Shown in pieces: positions 1-12,504 of a DNA stretch of 64,000 bases. The translations under genes and the position numbers were made by a program. Location: NCBI GenBank assembly GCA_013239625.1, contig MU053557.1, positions 317,063 through 381,062 on the forward strand, given 5' to 3'. How positions within the stretch are numbered: the first letter of the stretch is position 1; the number at the start of each line of letters is the position of its first letter. The notes under the pieces were generated by a model. That model had not been told where the DNA came from. It saw nothing but the letters and a program-made list of their open reading frames with translations, and ran no database searches. Source of the DNA: Lama guanicoe. Taxonomy: Eukaryota.

Positions 1-480
1 ATAACAAGTGTTATCCTTTTGTTTTGGATGGCAATTATCTTACGAACCTAAACTCCAAACTGTTTTTTGAGTGGCAGCTGCAGTCTCTCTTCTGTCTTCA
101 GCTTATGCAATGTTTGAGTCTATACCACACATGCATAGCTTAAGAGACAGTCACAGATACGGGTAAAGAGAATTTAGGGATTCCCACAGCTCTCTCTAGA
201 TACTCCTTTTGGCAATTTCGCCACTCTTTTCAGTGTGTCTTGGTTCCCCTGGCCAGAAAGACGTTTTTCCCAAGCACTCCTGCTGCCTGGAGTAAACTGT
301 GTCAACTGTACTTAGCCTAAGCTGCAAACATGGGAGCTTAATTTATACAGCTTCCCTTCTACCCTCCTTTAGGTGTGTCCTTCCTACCGGAGTGTCTCTT
401 GTTCTCTCTCCAATATCTCCAATTTTTTTAATATTATGTCAGAGCTCATAGCTGTTTTCTGCAGGGAAGTCATCCACTAA
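1..480 (-). mobile_element. Old L1 (L1M-type) fragment, probable
   Basis: Degenerate pyrimidine-rich sequence resembling antisense old L1; subfamily not resolved. Confidence 0.4.
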
Positions 481-1533
481 TGTCTTATTCCACCATTTCC
501 TGAAGCAGAAGACATACCACCATTCATTATGAATGTGGACAGCTGGGACACTCCAGGAAGTCTCAGTATGGAAAAGGTATTGAGCATGGATATGAGAATT
601 GCTTAAAAGCTGAGCCATTCTCCTAAAGACTAACAACTACTGTTCTTTTCCCTTCACTTAGAAATGTCATAACCATTTAGTGACAACTTATTCCATCCTC
701 AATTATCAGACTCAAAGTTATAAAAGAAATATTTCCATTTGACAGGATTTGGATTTCAGAAATTCACGAAAGGGGGTTTAAACCAGTTCACGTTTGTGGA
801 GTCAGTTCACACGAGGGGCTCAGTGCCCTTTTTCTTTTCTTCAAACAAGATCTGCAACAACGCTGGAACTTTGTGGTTTAGGATCTGTCCCTGCTATTTA
901 TTTTCCCTCTAAAGCCACAATCTTCAATGACACTATCATCATTTCCATAGTCACTGACTTCTGTGACACAAGCTGAGAAGTAATACATTTAGGGGAAAAA
1001 TATCTAACAGGAGGAGACAGGCTTCTAGGAAATAACCTGTTTTTAATCACATAAATGTCATTTGTAGTAAGACATAAAAAATAAGAAATATTAAAAGTGC
1101 AAACTAACAGGAGCTTTTCCCTACCAATTTTCCATTTGGCCTCTGTATTTCTTTTAGTAACATTGACTTGGCTTTCCAATTAAGTTCGCTACTTGGTCGA
1201 TTAAATGGGCAAAAGCATGAAGTCTATCTTAACAGTTTGCCAGCAACATCAGTATCCATTTAGACTAGTGCAATGTTAATTATGTAAAAACAAAAAGGTA
1301 CGGAAGCAAGATGAGAAGTTTGCTACAATTTTAACTACAGTCCTCTCTGAAAAGATGGGGCTAAAAAAATGGATGCTTTCATCTTTTTACTGGCAGGAAA
1401 ATATACTTAAGCTCATGATCGTTAGAGCAAGGCCAGGATAGCACCATTCTAATGAAAGGATACGAACTCAGAGTTAAGGTGTAGACTGTGGGAAGGTGGG
1501 TTTACCAGAAGGACCCCGTAGGGCTAGTGCAGG

Positions 1534-2160
1534 AACATGAAAAGATGCTCAATATCACTCATCATCAGGGAAACGCAAATCAAAACCACAATGAGATACT
1601 TCCTCACACCTGTCATTATGGCCATCAACAAAAATACAACCAAAAGAAGTGTTGCTGAGGATGTGGGGGAAAGGGAACCCTCATGCACTGTAGGTGGGAA
1701 TGTGAACTGGTGCAGCCACTACGGAAAACAGTATAGAGGTTCCCCCCAAAACTGAAAATAGAACTAGCATATGACCAATTCCACTTCTGGGTATTTATCC
1801 AAAGGAAATGAAAACACTACTTCGAAAAGATACACACACCCCTACGTTCATTGAAGCATTATTTACAAGAGCCAAGATACGGAAGCAACTTTAGGACTAA
1901 TTGATAGACGAATGGATAAAGAAGATGTGGTATATATACACAGTGGAATACTAGTCAGCCATAAAAAGAATAAAATCGTACCTTTTGTGAAAACATGGAT
2001 GGACCTATAGGGTATTATGCCAAGTGAAGTAAGTCAGACAGAGGAAGGCAAATGCCCATGATTTCACTTATATGTGGAGTCTAAAAAACAAATGAACAAA
2101 TATAACCAAACAGAAAGAGATTTATAGACATGGAGAACAAACTGGTGGTCACCAGAAAGT
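1534..2160 (+). mobile_element. L1 ORF2 C-terminus and 3'UTR fragment
   Basis: Translation [25 protein letters not shown] matches the L1 ORF2p C-terminus; followed by typical 3' motifs (gaatggataaagaagatgtgg, acatggatggacct). Confidence 0.93.
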
Positions 2161-3784
2161 CAGGTTGTTGATAATGTTCTCCGAGGACATCGCAGCTCAT
2201 TGGTGTCTCTATATGGACTTATGTGACTTCTGCACAGTGGCCTCAGATGGCCAACCCATAGGCCCAACCTGGCCTTGTGGACACACTTGGCTTGGGGCCA
2301 CTTAATTTTTTTAATTGCTTCAACAGTTAGAAATTAGAAGAGTCATCCAGGGTTCTGGACTCTTTGGGAAAGTCAAGAGATCTGGCAACTCTGGGCTTGC
2401 ATTCTTTTGTGGTCATACTTGGCTGGGCCTCGCCGTGGCTGCCCCCAGCTGCATGTAGTACCCACCTGGTATTTACGTTATCTTGTACACACTTTGGCTT
2501 GTCCTCTCCGCTGCAGCCCGGCTGAACCAAAACCATCAGCCTTTTCCACCATGGCTCCCAAAGCCTGCCACATCAACATGGAGACCTGGCTGCGGCCAGT
2601 TGAAATGGCCATTGCTCATGTACCTGTTGGCTCTGTCTCTGATCCCTGAGCAAGGAAGACAGTCCCTGCTCCTGCTAGAAACTGAGAGCATAGACTTTCA
2701 GGACACTGGGGAGTGACCCTTGGGTGGGCAAATAAGTTTTAGGTCAATGGAAAGAAAAGCATTCACAAGAGCTGTGTTCTCATTTTTTTCTGTGTGGCTC
2801 TTCCCTTTCTCGAGGACATTTTTGTTCTCCCTTGCATCCCTTGGGAGATTTTAAAAGAAGTATTTGGGAGGGAGTTTCATGGAAGAGTCACAGATTTTAA
2901 TGACAGGGCTTAAAATCTTTTAGTCAAGTGCCAGGGATTGTATTTTAACTAGATTTCCTGGTCTAAGAAGGGCTAGCAGGTGGCCCACGGCCAGGCAGGC
3001 AATCATTAAGGGTGGGGATGACTCATGCTGCGGGGTGTGGAGAAGATGACCCAAAACTCTGGAAAATCTAACATGAACTCACATTAGGAAACAGCCCCAA
3101 ACAAATACATTTTCCAACTCTACTTCCCCTTCCCGCCTCCGATTGTGTTCAATTCTATCTGTAAGTGTGGTTTGGGCTTTCTAAGTTGTTTACGGGACAG
3201 CAGAGGCAAGCGGTCCTTTCGTATAGTCAGACCCCTGGCTGGAAATCAGCACGTGTGACGTTTTATAAAGCAAAAGGATCTTTCACGCAAGCTTAGAATC
3301 TCCTCTCCTTTATTTGTATTATTCAATGAAGCAGCTCTATCCTGGTTCCCAAAATACAGCTCGAGCTTTGAGCAGAAGGTAGGCTCAGACCTTGACCTGG
3401 ATCTAGGTCAGAGCTACCTGCTTTGATTCTTCATGGAAAGAAAACCCTAACACATTCACAACTGACAAACAGGCCATTTTAGTGTGTCCAGGAGAATTGT
3501 TTGGTAGGTAGAACAAGAAAAGCTCTCTTCCCGAACTTTTAACTTCTTGCCCCAGAGTGTCAAGTGGTCAATAATTATTCACATTTCTATTAGTCATTCA
3601 ACTACTTGTTTAGCAATAACATACTCTGCTACTGATGGGTTAAAATTTAACTCCCAAGGGAGTCACACATGAGCATCTTGTAGACAGTCCTATTCTGTAA
3701 AATTAGGAAGCAACTGTTTCTGTATTAACTATTTGAAAACTCTTTAAAAACACTTCTTTAAGTCAATAATAGCCCACAAGAGTT

Positions 3785-4290
3785 TCATGCGTTCAATAAT
3801 CAGCAAATATTTACTTTCTACTTCATTTCTGGACTTGGGGAATTGAGTGGTGACCAAGACTATCAGGGTCCTTGCCCTTAAGAAACTTAACTTCCAATGG
3901 GTGCAAGAGTTGATGTTGGAGAAATGGAGATGAAGACTGATACACTCAAAAAAAAAAATGAAGCAGATAATAGACAGGGAAGTGACTAAGGAGAAGAAGG
4001 CTGCTGAGGTTAATTTAAGTGTTGGCGAAAAGCCTATTTGAGAAGGTGTTACTAGTGTTTACTGCAGAATGATGAGAAAAACGCTAGCCATATAAAGAGC
4101 CGGTGAAAAGACAACATGAAATGCAAAAGCTCTGAAGTGGGAGAGGGGAAAAAAAGAGAGCTTGGCAGATTAACAAAAAGAAGGCCAGAGCACCTGGTAA
4201 AAAGGTGAAAAGTGGTACCAGGTAAAGTCAGAAAGGTAGGCAGGCCCTGAGCATATAAGAAGCCATCAGAGAGGGTTTTTCATTGTATAG
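3785..4290 (-). mobile_element. L2 fragment
   Basis: ttcaataatcagcaaatatttact...gtccttgcccttaagaaacttaacttcc resembles the antisense L2 3' end. Confidence 0.6.
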
Positions 4291-4316
4291 GGCTGCATCT
4301 TTTGGGAACTCTTGGC

Positions 4317-4545
4317 CAGGGCTGGCAAACTACACCCTACAGTCTATATCTGGCCCTCTGCCAGTTTTTGAAAATAAAGTTACAATGGAACATGGCCACG
4401 CCCAGTCATGCATGTAAAATCTGAATGTTTTTGCACTAAAACGGCAAAATTGCGTAGTTGCAATATAGACTCAATGGCCCATGAAGCTGACAGATTTTAA
4501 GGGGCTAGCTGGCCCTTAACACAAAAGGTTTATCAACTCTTGCTT
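4317..4545. mobile_element. hAT-Charlie MITE (MER58-like)
   Basis: Starts cagggctggcaaactac, has internal aaataaagtt..tggaaca..gccacgccca, and ends aaaaggtttatcaactcttg. Confidence 0.75.
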
Positions 4546-4699
4546 TAAACTGTGTGTTCTTGCTGGGGTTTTGGATGCTGCATTTGGTTTCTGCAAAACT
4601 GTCTGCCATATTGGTCTCACTTTCTCAGCAGACACCAGATATAATTGCAAAAACAGGAATATTTAAGAGAATAAAAATTTGCCTTAAAACAAGGATCAG

Positions 4700-5150
4700 A
4701 CTCACTTGTATTCACCGAGCCAGTAAACTACCTAGCCGGAGATGGTTTCATCACAGCAAGAAGCTATCTCATACTGCAAGAAAGCTACAAATAGGTTTGA
4801 CTATTTCAGGGGTATGACATTGCCGTAAAGACCCAGGTGCTGGCCAGCTTTCCGCTGCCCTCAGGATGTGGGAAAGCTCACTCCTCCTGGTAGCAAGATG
4901 GCTACAATAAGCCAAAGATGGCTCAACTGCAGTAGTTAATGTAGACAAGATGTGAGCTATCTAGCAACAAAAGGAGCTGGGTACTTCCTCCCACGTGCCC
5001 TTTTATTAAGGAGAAAAATCCTCCCCGGCCCATTGCTTATATCATCTACTTATATTTTGTTGGCTAGATAAGCCTGGGTTCACACCAATGTCTGGTAAGG
5101 AGCATGGACTCGCCGTGATTGGCTCAGGCTAGCTAACGTTCATCACTTGG
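4700..5150 (-). mobile_element. MaLR (MLT1-type) LTR fragment
   Basis: gtagcaagatggct...tgttggctagat...tctggtaaggagcatgga motifs. Confidence 0.5.
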
Positions 5151-6299
5151 GAAGCTGCATACACACACGGGGAAAGAACATCGAACAAGGTCAGGCAAGG
5201 AAGCAAGGGAGGTGGATAAGAAAGCCGGGCAGCCAAGGGTACCGACCACAGGGTGGGATCTTCATTGAACAAATCCTCTGTCGGTCCCTGTCCACTCAGA
5301 GGATGAATGTGAAAGGTGGAGATCAGCAAACAGAAACTGAACACATCCTCCCACTGGGATGGGGTAGGCGGTGGTGGAAGACAGGAGACGGCACAGTTCT
5401 TCGATTGAACGCAAATATCATTTATTGTGTCCACAACCGTTTGAGTAACTCATTCCCACATGTGGAGAACTCGCTCTCAAGGCAACATCTATGGTATATT
5501 TAGCCTCCCTGGTGAGTCATTTTTCTGGACAGCTGTCTCCTGAGCTCGAAGAAACCACAAGTGTTTGAACATGGACTTGTTTCAATTTAGTTTTGCCACT
5601 AGGGGCTTGATACCGTATTGGGCTTACCTTGGGTTCCCAAACAGGTTCTCCCCAAACACATCTCAAGCTATTTGCTTTCTTCACCTCTGTAGCTGGCTGG
5701 AAACCACTGCCTCCTTTAATTGTCTGCTTCAGGGTTTTTTGCTTGTTTGTTTGTTTGTGTGTGTGTTTTGGAAAAACTCTGCTCCAGGGAAAAGGTACAT
5801 TTGCTTCTTTAGCCCTGTGTCTATTCCCCACATATATAGAGGGCCTAGTGCCCAGCCCTGGGGGAGCCTGAAGTCTGGTTCTCATGAGACAAAATTAGTT
5901 GTTGTGTTAATGGCATTTTCTGTGGCATTTGTGAAGTTATTGTGGAGAAAAATGTTAAAGGTCAGGAAAGCTGAAACCCAGCAAAGACGAGACCAGAAAG
6001 AATCTTGAGTTTTGCTGTTTAAGATGAATTTATGTAACATCTGAGTCTTAAGTTTTGTTTGAGTCTGTTGATTTTTTGTTGTTGTTTTTAATAGGGGAAA
6101 TTATAACAACAAGGAAGTGGCTGAAGACCTGTGATATTTGTGGAGATCTGGCCAAGGCCAAGTCATTGCAATTTTGAGACTAAGTCACTCGGATTGAACT
6201 GACTTTTGCAAAGCCCAGGCCATAGGTTTGATCTCCCAAGAGACTAATTATGTGATTACCAGTCTACAGGGGAAGATTCTTTTTTCTGGCCTCAGGAGC

Positions 6300-7025
6300 C
6301 ATCACTCACACCCTCTTTCTTTCATTCATTTACTTATTTTGTAATGAGAACGCCTTTTATGTGTTAAGCACGATATTTGGAACTGAGAAAACAAATCAGA
6401 CATTTATTAAGCACTTGTTAGGAGCCAGGTGGCGGTTAAGGCAGCATCTCTGCCCTTAAGGATCTTACAGCCTAGAGGGGAAAGCTGGCGTCTAAACAAG
6501 TAACTCTCACACAGGGAGATGAAGCTGAAAGGGCGCAGACAGGCAGGAGTGGCTTATAGCCGAGAGCGTGAACTTGAGAGCCAGATTCGGGACTCAAACT
6601 GTGTGACTTTGAGCAAGTTACTGAGAATTTGGAAGCCTCCATTTCCTTATTTGCAAAGTGGGAACACTACGAGGTGTCCATCACAGGGTTACTGTGAATA
6701 CTAAAGAGATGAGCGCTCTCAAGTTATTAGCATAACACCCGTCAGCTATTGTCATACGCCACGGCGGGGGCTGGAGGGGTGGGGGGCAGCACTGCCAGAA
6801 AGTCTGGTGGCTTAACCCCTGTGAGTGGACTGCAAATCGTGTCCTGTGGCTCTGGGCGAGTTATTTACCCTCCCTGTCCCTCAGGCTTCTGCTCTGCAAA
6901 ATGCAGGTAATACCCAATTCAGAGCATTGTTGTAAAGACTTGAAAATGTAATCCCTGTCAATACTTGGCACGCTGACTGGCCCATATCAACTCAATAAAT
7001 GTCAACTGTGCTACTGTAACTGCTG
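6300..7025. mobile_element. L2 fragments followed by two MIRs
   Basis: ttcattcatttac.., tttattaagcact..; MIR cores tgtgactttgagcaagttact (about 6601) and tgggcgagttatttaccctc (about 6853). Confidence 0.65.
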
Positions 7026-9560
7026 TGGCCCCTAAAACGACAAAGATGCCAGTCCAGAGGGCCAGAACACATCTTGCAGACAAGCTGACGCTCGGAAACC
7101 TGGGTCATTAGCTGCAGAGGCAGAGGTCCACAGCCCTGCACCTGTTTTCTGGATCATGGATCAGTGGCATCTTGTTTGTGCCGTTTGGACAGAACGTGAA
7201 ATTATGGAAAATCTGAGAGTCTCTGCTTTTGTATTTTTGTGGGATAGTACAGGGTGTGCCCAGTGCCGACTTTCGTCCCCCTCCCTCCTAAACGGCCAAA
7301 CTTTCTTGGAAGTTTTTTCTCTCAAGTTACAGAAAACAACTTTAGAATCATCGAGGGGAGTACATGACTCTACACTGACCCGTAATGTCCTACCTTCCAT
7401 CCCCCGAAGTTCTGCTTAGCCACAAAACTCTAATTTTAGTCTGTGGACAGCTCTGTGCCCTGGCAGAAATCCTAGGAAATGGGTGTGAAGGAAGCAAATG
7501 ATGGATAAGCAGGATGACATGAGAAACCAAGAGATGCTTCTGTGCTCCCCAGACCCGACGGCCTGGCGGGCAGCCCGTTTTGCTTACTGGGAGTGACATC
7601 GCCAAGGTCACTCTCGCTCCCTGGTTTCCTTACCATAGTTTTAGGCTGCTAAGTGATCTATTAGAAATAATATCACTGTTGTTTTTTTTCTCCTCTCTCT
7701 CTTAGGGGATAAACGCTCCCTCTACTCACAATACAAATGCTTTCGTAGCGTTAACCCTGCCACAAGCAATTCACGAGGGGTACCTAACTGGCCCAGGTCT
7801 AAGCCCATCAGAGAATTCCCTTCTGCCAGCCTTGGCTTAGGAAGAGGCACTGATTCCATTCAGGCCGACAGCAGTCAAGCGGAGGATCTCGGTCCTCTCT
7901 TTCAGGTCATCACTTATCTTGGAAGGATGTAGGCCTGCAGCTTCCATACCTGGGAATGCAGCAAATTCTAGGGAAGGCAGAGGGCAGAGAAGGAAAGTAA
8001 GGCGTAAGGATGCTATGTAGACCCCCGAAACATTCTGGACCCTGGGCTTTTCATTTCTATGAGCCAAGGAGGTCATCTCTTTGCTTAAGTTGGTTTTGTG
8101 TTCCATTTTCTGTCTCTTGCAACCAGCAAAATCCTAATGCCCTCAACAGCAGGGTTTCAGACCTGCAGAAAGAGACTGGCGAGATGAACTCAGTTGAGCC
8201 CTGGTACGTTATATCTCTCGCCAGACCAAACCTTGTAAGATACAGGAGAATAATGTCCAGTTAGAAGCGTGGACACGACACCAGTCACTGAGTTGCTTTT
8301 GTGTCCCTGTTTCCATCCCCATCCATCGGAGTATACTCTTGGCAGCCCTTCCTGGGATGATCCAGACAGAAAAGCGGTCCAGGGACCTGCACTGGCATTG
8401 GCTCAAGCTAGACCCTGTTGCTGGAAAGCAGTCTGTGAATAAGACTTTTCACCCAGAAAAGTGAACTGTTTTCAAGAGCCATATGCTGAGCTCCTTTGAA
8501 AAATGGACAATTACCCTTCATTTTTATTCTCAAGGCCACACTGGGTTATTCCCTACTGGGTTTTCTGAAAATGAGAAAATATTGGCTGGCTGTAGGCTTG
8601 TTTCTAGGGTTGGTATCAGGTTTTATTGCGTTGTTTATTCCAAGTTGTCTTAACCTCAGTTTGTTACTCAATTTTTAAGGGTATTTTGTTTGCGGGGGAG
8701 GGAGGAACAGCAGCAATAAAAGCAGCAGTGACCATATACTGAGCAGTTGGCTTTGCCTGGCTTGTGCCATATGGTTTATGCGTTCATGTGCATGGTCCTT
8801 AGAACAAGGGTAGGCGTGATTATTGTCCCCATTAAACAGATGAGAACACTGAGCCTGAGGTAACAGCTAGTATCTTTGAGAGTCATGGCTTTGACTCAAA
8901 GCCCTTAAACATGACTCTACCTTCTTGATATGTACCCTTGTATGAGACACTAAAAAATGAGTATGATTTAGTCAGCATAATGCCAGCAAACATGAGACTT
9001 ACAGAAACCTACGTTCTTTACCCCAAGAAACATGTATTCTAGGGGATGCCAAGACTCACTGACTCAAGACTCAGAAAAATTACAAAATAGTTCATTTTTA
9101 ACCCAAATTTTTAAGAGCTACAGACAAAGAAGAGAAGCTTCGTGATGGGGGTACACCGGGGGAGACATCGGGGATTTTAGATGTTTAGGTCATTTTGGAT
9201 TTTTTAAATCTTGCCAATCATTGAAAGCTAAATGAAGAAAGACAGAATCTATTTATTCTGCTTTCTACAGCCTTTGTTAGGAGCTTGTACAATCTAATGT
9301 GCACAACAGATAAATGCTGTCTGGTCCAACTGAGATGATTACACACAACCATGAATTCCCATAGGCTGTTGACTCCCAGAGAAGGAGACAATTACAAGAC
9401 AAAGCAGATAAAGAGTTCAAGATTCTGGGTTCTGTTTCACCCTGTCTTGAAGTGTGAGGATCCCCAGGGTACACTTTAATCAGTCAGCTTAGAGTTAACA
9501 AGAGCAGCTCAGGTACTTTGAATCCTGTTCTTGGGACAGAAAATATTAAAAGAAAAATAA

Positions 9561-10097
9561 TTTGTGGATTCTGTAATGATGTCTAATTCTGAACGGTCTA
9601 AGGTGATACCTCATTGTAGTTTTGATCTGCATTTGTCTGATAATTAGCAAAACTGAGTATGTTTTCATGCGCCTGTTGGCCATCTGTATGTCTTCATCAG
9701 AGGAACGTCTGCTTAGGTCTTCAGCCCATTTTTGGATTGGGTTTTTGTTGTTGTTGTTATTGAGTTGTATGAGCTATTTCTATATTCTGGAAATTAGTTG
9801 TCAGTCCACAAACAATAAATGCTGGAGAAGGGGTGGAGGGAAGGGAACTGTCCTACACTACTGGTGGGAATTTAATTCAGCCTCTGTGGAAAACAGTATA
9901 GAGATTCTTTAAACAACTGAAATTAGATTTACCATACGATCCAGCCACCCCACTCCTGGGCATACATCTGGAGGAGTCTCTAATTCGACAGGACACCTGC
10001 ACCCCAGTGTTCATAGCAGCACTGTTTACAATAGCCATGACATGGAAGCATCCTACATGTCCACTGACAGATGACTGGATAGGGAAGTTGTGGTGTG

Positions 10098-10131
<34 letters not shown>

Positions 10132-10594
10132 ATACATACAATGGAAAATTACATACAAAAGGATAAAATAATGCCATTTGCAGCAGTATGGATGGACTTG
10201 GAGATCATCACACTAAGTGAAGTAAGCCAGAAAGAGAAAGAAAAATATCATATGATATCACCTACATGTGGAATCTAAAAAAAAAAGGACACAAATGAAC
10301 TTATTTACGAAACAGACTCACAGATAGAAAAAAACAGATTTATGGGTACAAGGGTGGGGAAGGGGGTGGGAAGGGATAAATTGGGAGTCCAGGATTTTCA
10401 GATACTAACTACTATATACAAAATAGATAAACAGCAGGGTCCTACTGTATAGCACAGGGAACTATATTCAATACCTTGCAGTAAACTATAATGAAAAAGA
10501 ACATGAAAATGGATATATATGTATATAGATGAATCACTATGCTGTACACCAGAGACTAACATAACATTGTAAATCGACTACACTTCTACAGAGA
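9561..10594 (+). mobile_element. 5'-truncated, 5'-inverted L1 (antisense 9561-9802, sense 9803-10594) with an internal (AC)n at 10101-10129
   Basis: Antisense L1 ORF2 sequence (gatacctcattgtagttttgatctgcattt...) is joined to sense agtccacaaacaataaatgctgg through to the 3' end. TSD aaaagaaaaataattt (9548-9563) and aaaagaaacacaattt (10595-10610). Confidence 0.88.
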
Positions 10595-11562
10595 AAAAGA
10601 AACACAATTTTGTTTACTGATTATGAATTACTTCAAAAAGGGGATACGACTTGCTTATGTGACTCGCAGCACCAGCCCTGCCCGGCCAGCCCCCTGCCTT
10701 TGACTTTCCAAACGGCAGCCAAGGACTCTTTTGCAGATTTCAATCCCCTAATGACACTCTCACCACGCAAAAGGCCAAGAGGCACCAACAAAATTGAAGG
10801 TGGTGAAGTCAAGCTGCAAAAGCAAACGACAGGGGATGGGCCGAGTTAGGTGGAGCGTGACTTGGCCTCTTTCTCCGCCGGGGAAGTCACGGAACCAGCG
10901 GCGAGCGGGTGGCCGAGCCCTGCGCCGGGGGCACGCTCCCGCTGCCTCTGGGACTCAGTGCACACGTCTGTGACACGGGCCGCGAGAGGCGCTCGTGCAC
11001 CGCGCCCCGTGTTCCGGGCCTTCTCCTGGCTGGGGAACAGCTTTGTTTCCAACTGAAGTTCACAGCTGTGGTCCACGCTGTGCCATATGGCTTAGGTGGC
11101 ATGGCCTCTTGGGAAATGTCTGTGGCGGAGCAAGTGTTGGCTCTGTGTGCAGAGGTGCGACGACTTGGTCATACACGCATCCTGCCATTGAGCTCTTTTT
11201 CCATGGGTCTGGGATGATCTATTAAAGACAAGTCTTTGAAGGGACAATTTCCTGGTTCATGTTTTCTCCCTCCAGACCAAGCTCTTAAGAATCTCTGACC
11301 TGGCGCTCGAGTGGGTTCATGCTATGGCCTTAAATTCAACAGAAGATCATCACCATCAGCTACACTGTGAGGCACGCCCCCTGACGGGGGGTTCTGAGAT
11401 TTGGATGGACAGGTAGGTGACAGTGCACAGATCATCCCACTGACAGGTTCAACCTCATTCAAATGACAAGCGGGACTGGGAGGCAGGGTTTCAAACAATG
11501 CCAGGGCATCATGTCACACTTTGGATGAACTTCATGAGGACAGGGACTAAAGCTGTGTGTCC

Positions 11563-11762
11563 TAGGTGCTGGCAAACTATGGCTCATGGGCCCAGTCATC
11601 TGGTTTCGTGTGGCCCTGCGTTAAGAGTGACTTTACATTTTAAATGGGTACATTTTATGCGGGCATAGAGGTTCCTACAATATCCTTGATTTTACTTCTA
11701 GGCCTGCAAAGCCTAAAATTTCACTTTTTGACCCTTGAAGAAAAAGTTTGCTGAACCCCCGG
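11563..11762. mobile_element. hAT-Charlie MITE (MER58 family)
   Basis: Termini ggtgctggcaaactatggc ... aaaaagtttgctgaaccc form an imperfect terminal inverted repeat (TIR). Confidence 0.7.
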
Positions 11763-12365
11763 TGTAAGTCATTTTAACTTCCAAGTCTAACACAGTGTCT
11801 GACGTGGGCATTAGATAGAACTGAGTATTTGTTGGGTTGAATTATCCAGAAATAACAGTATTGACTGTGGTTCAAGGCGTTGGTCCATGGGCCCCATCTG
11901 GTCCGTGCGCCCTACCTTGGCCAGTGACCACCTTGGCCCAGTGATCTACAGGGACGTTTTCTAGGGGTTTCTGGGCAAGAGCTTTCAGATGGAATCATGG
12001 TGCGTGAACGAGAGGCCTGGAACTTCTGCAGATGAAGCCAACAAGAGGGGGATGGAGCCAAGAGGATCCCAGGGAAATGGTGCTCTTAGGATGAGCAAGT
12101 GTCTGTCTCTGGCCATCCTGCCAAATGAACTAAGAGGTCTCCACAAGTTAGTAACTATTACTTGCTTCTGCGGCAGTCACTGGGTAATTGTGTTACAGAC
12201 TTTATCTCATTTTATCTTTAAAACACCCTGTGAAGAAAGTATACCTCTACTTACATGTAAGAAAAGTGAAGCACAAATTTTTTTAAAACAAGCTTATAGA
12301 TAGTAAGTAGCAGAGCGATGATCCACACTCTGTTTCTACCTCAAAGTCAATTCATTCTCTACTCT

Positions 12366-12504
12366 TTGTTTTTTTTTGGGGGGGGCAGTAATTAGGTAAG
12401 TTGTTTGTCTCTCTGTCTATTTATTTAATGGAGGTACTGGGGATCGAACCCAGGACCTCGTGCATGCAAAGCACGAGCTCTACCACTGAGCTAGACCCTG
12501 CCCC
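12366..12504 (-). mobile_element. tRNA-Ala-derived SINE (camelid Vic-1-like)
   Basis: The reverse complement gggtctagctcagtggtagagctcgtgctttgcatgcacgaggtcctgggttcgatccccagtacctcca carries A and B boxes, then a cctaattac..cccc-A tail. Confidence 0.85.

Noticed and set aside
1537..1755. Short ORFs with protein-like sequence (also 9622-9912 and 10090-10278)
   Set aside because: They are translations of L1 fragments.
12425..12504. tRNA-Ala genes (also about 39077-39150 and 62763-62835)
   Set aside because: They carry SINE tails, one has a clear TSD, and the copies have scattered mismatches, so they are SINEs rather than tRNA genes.
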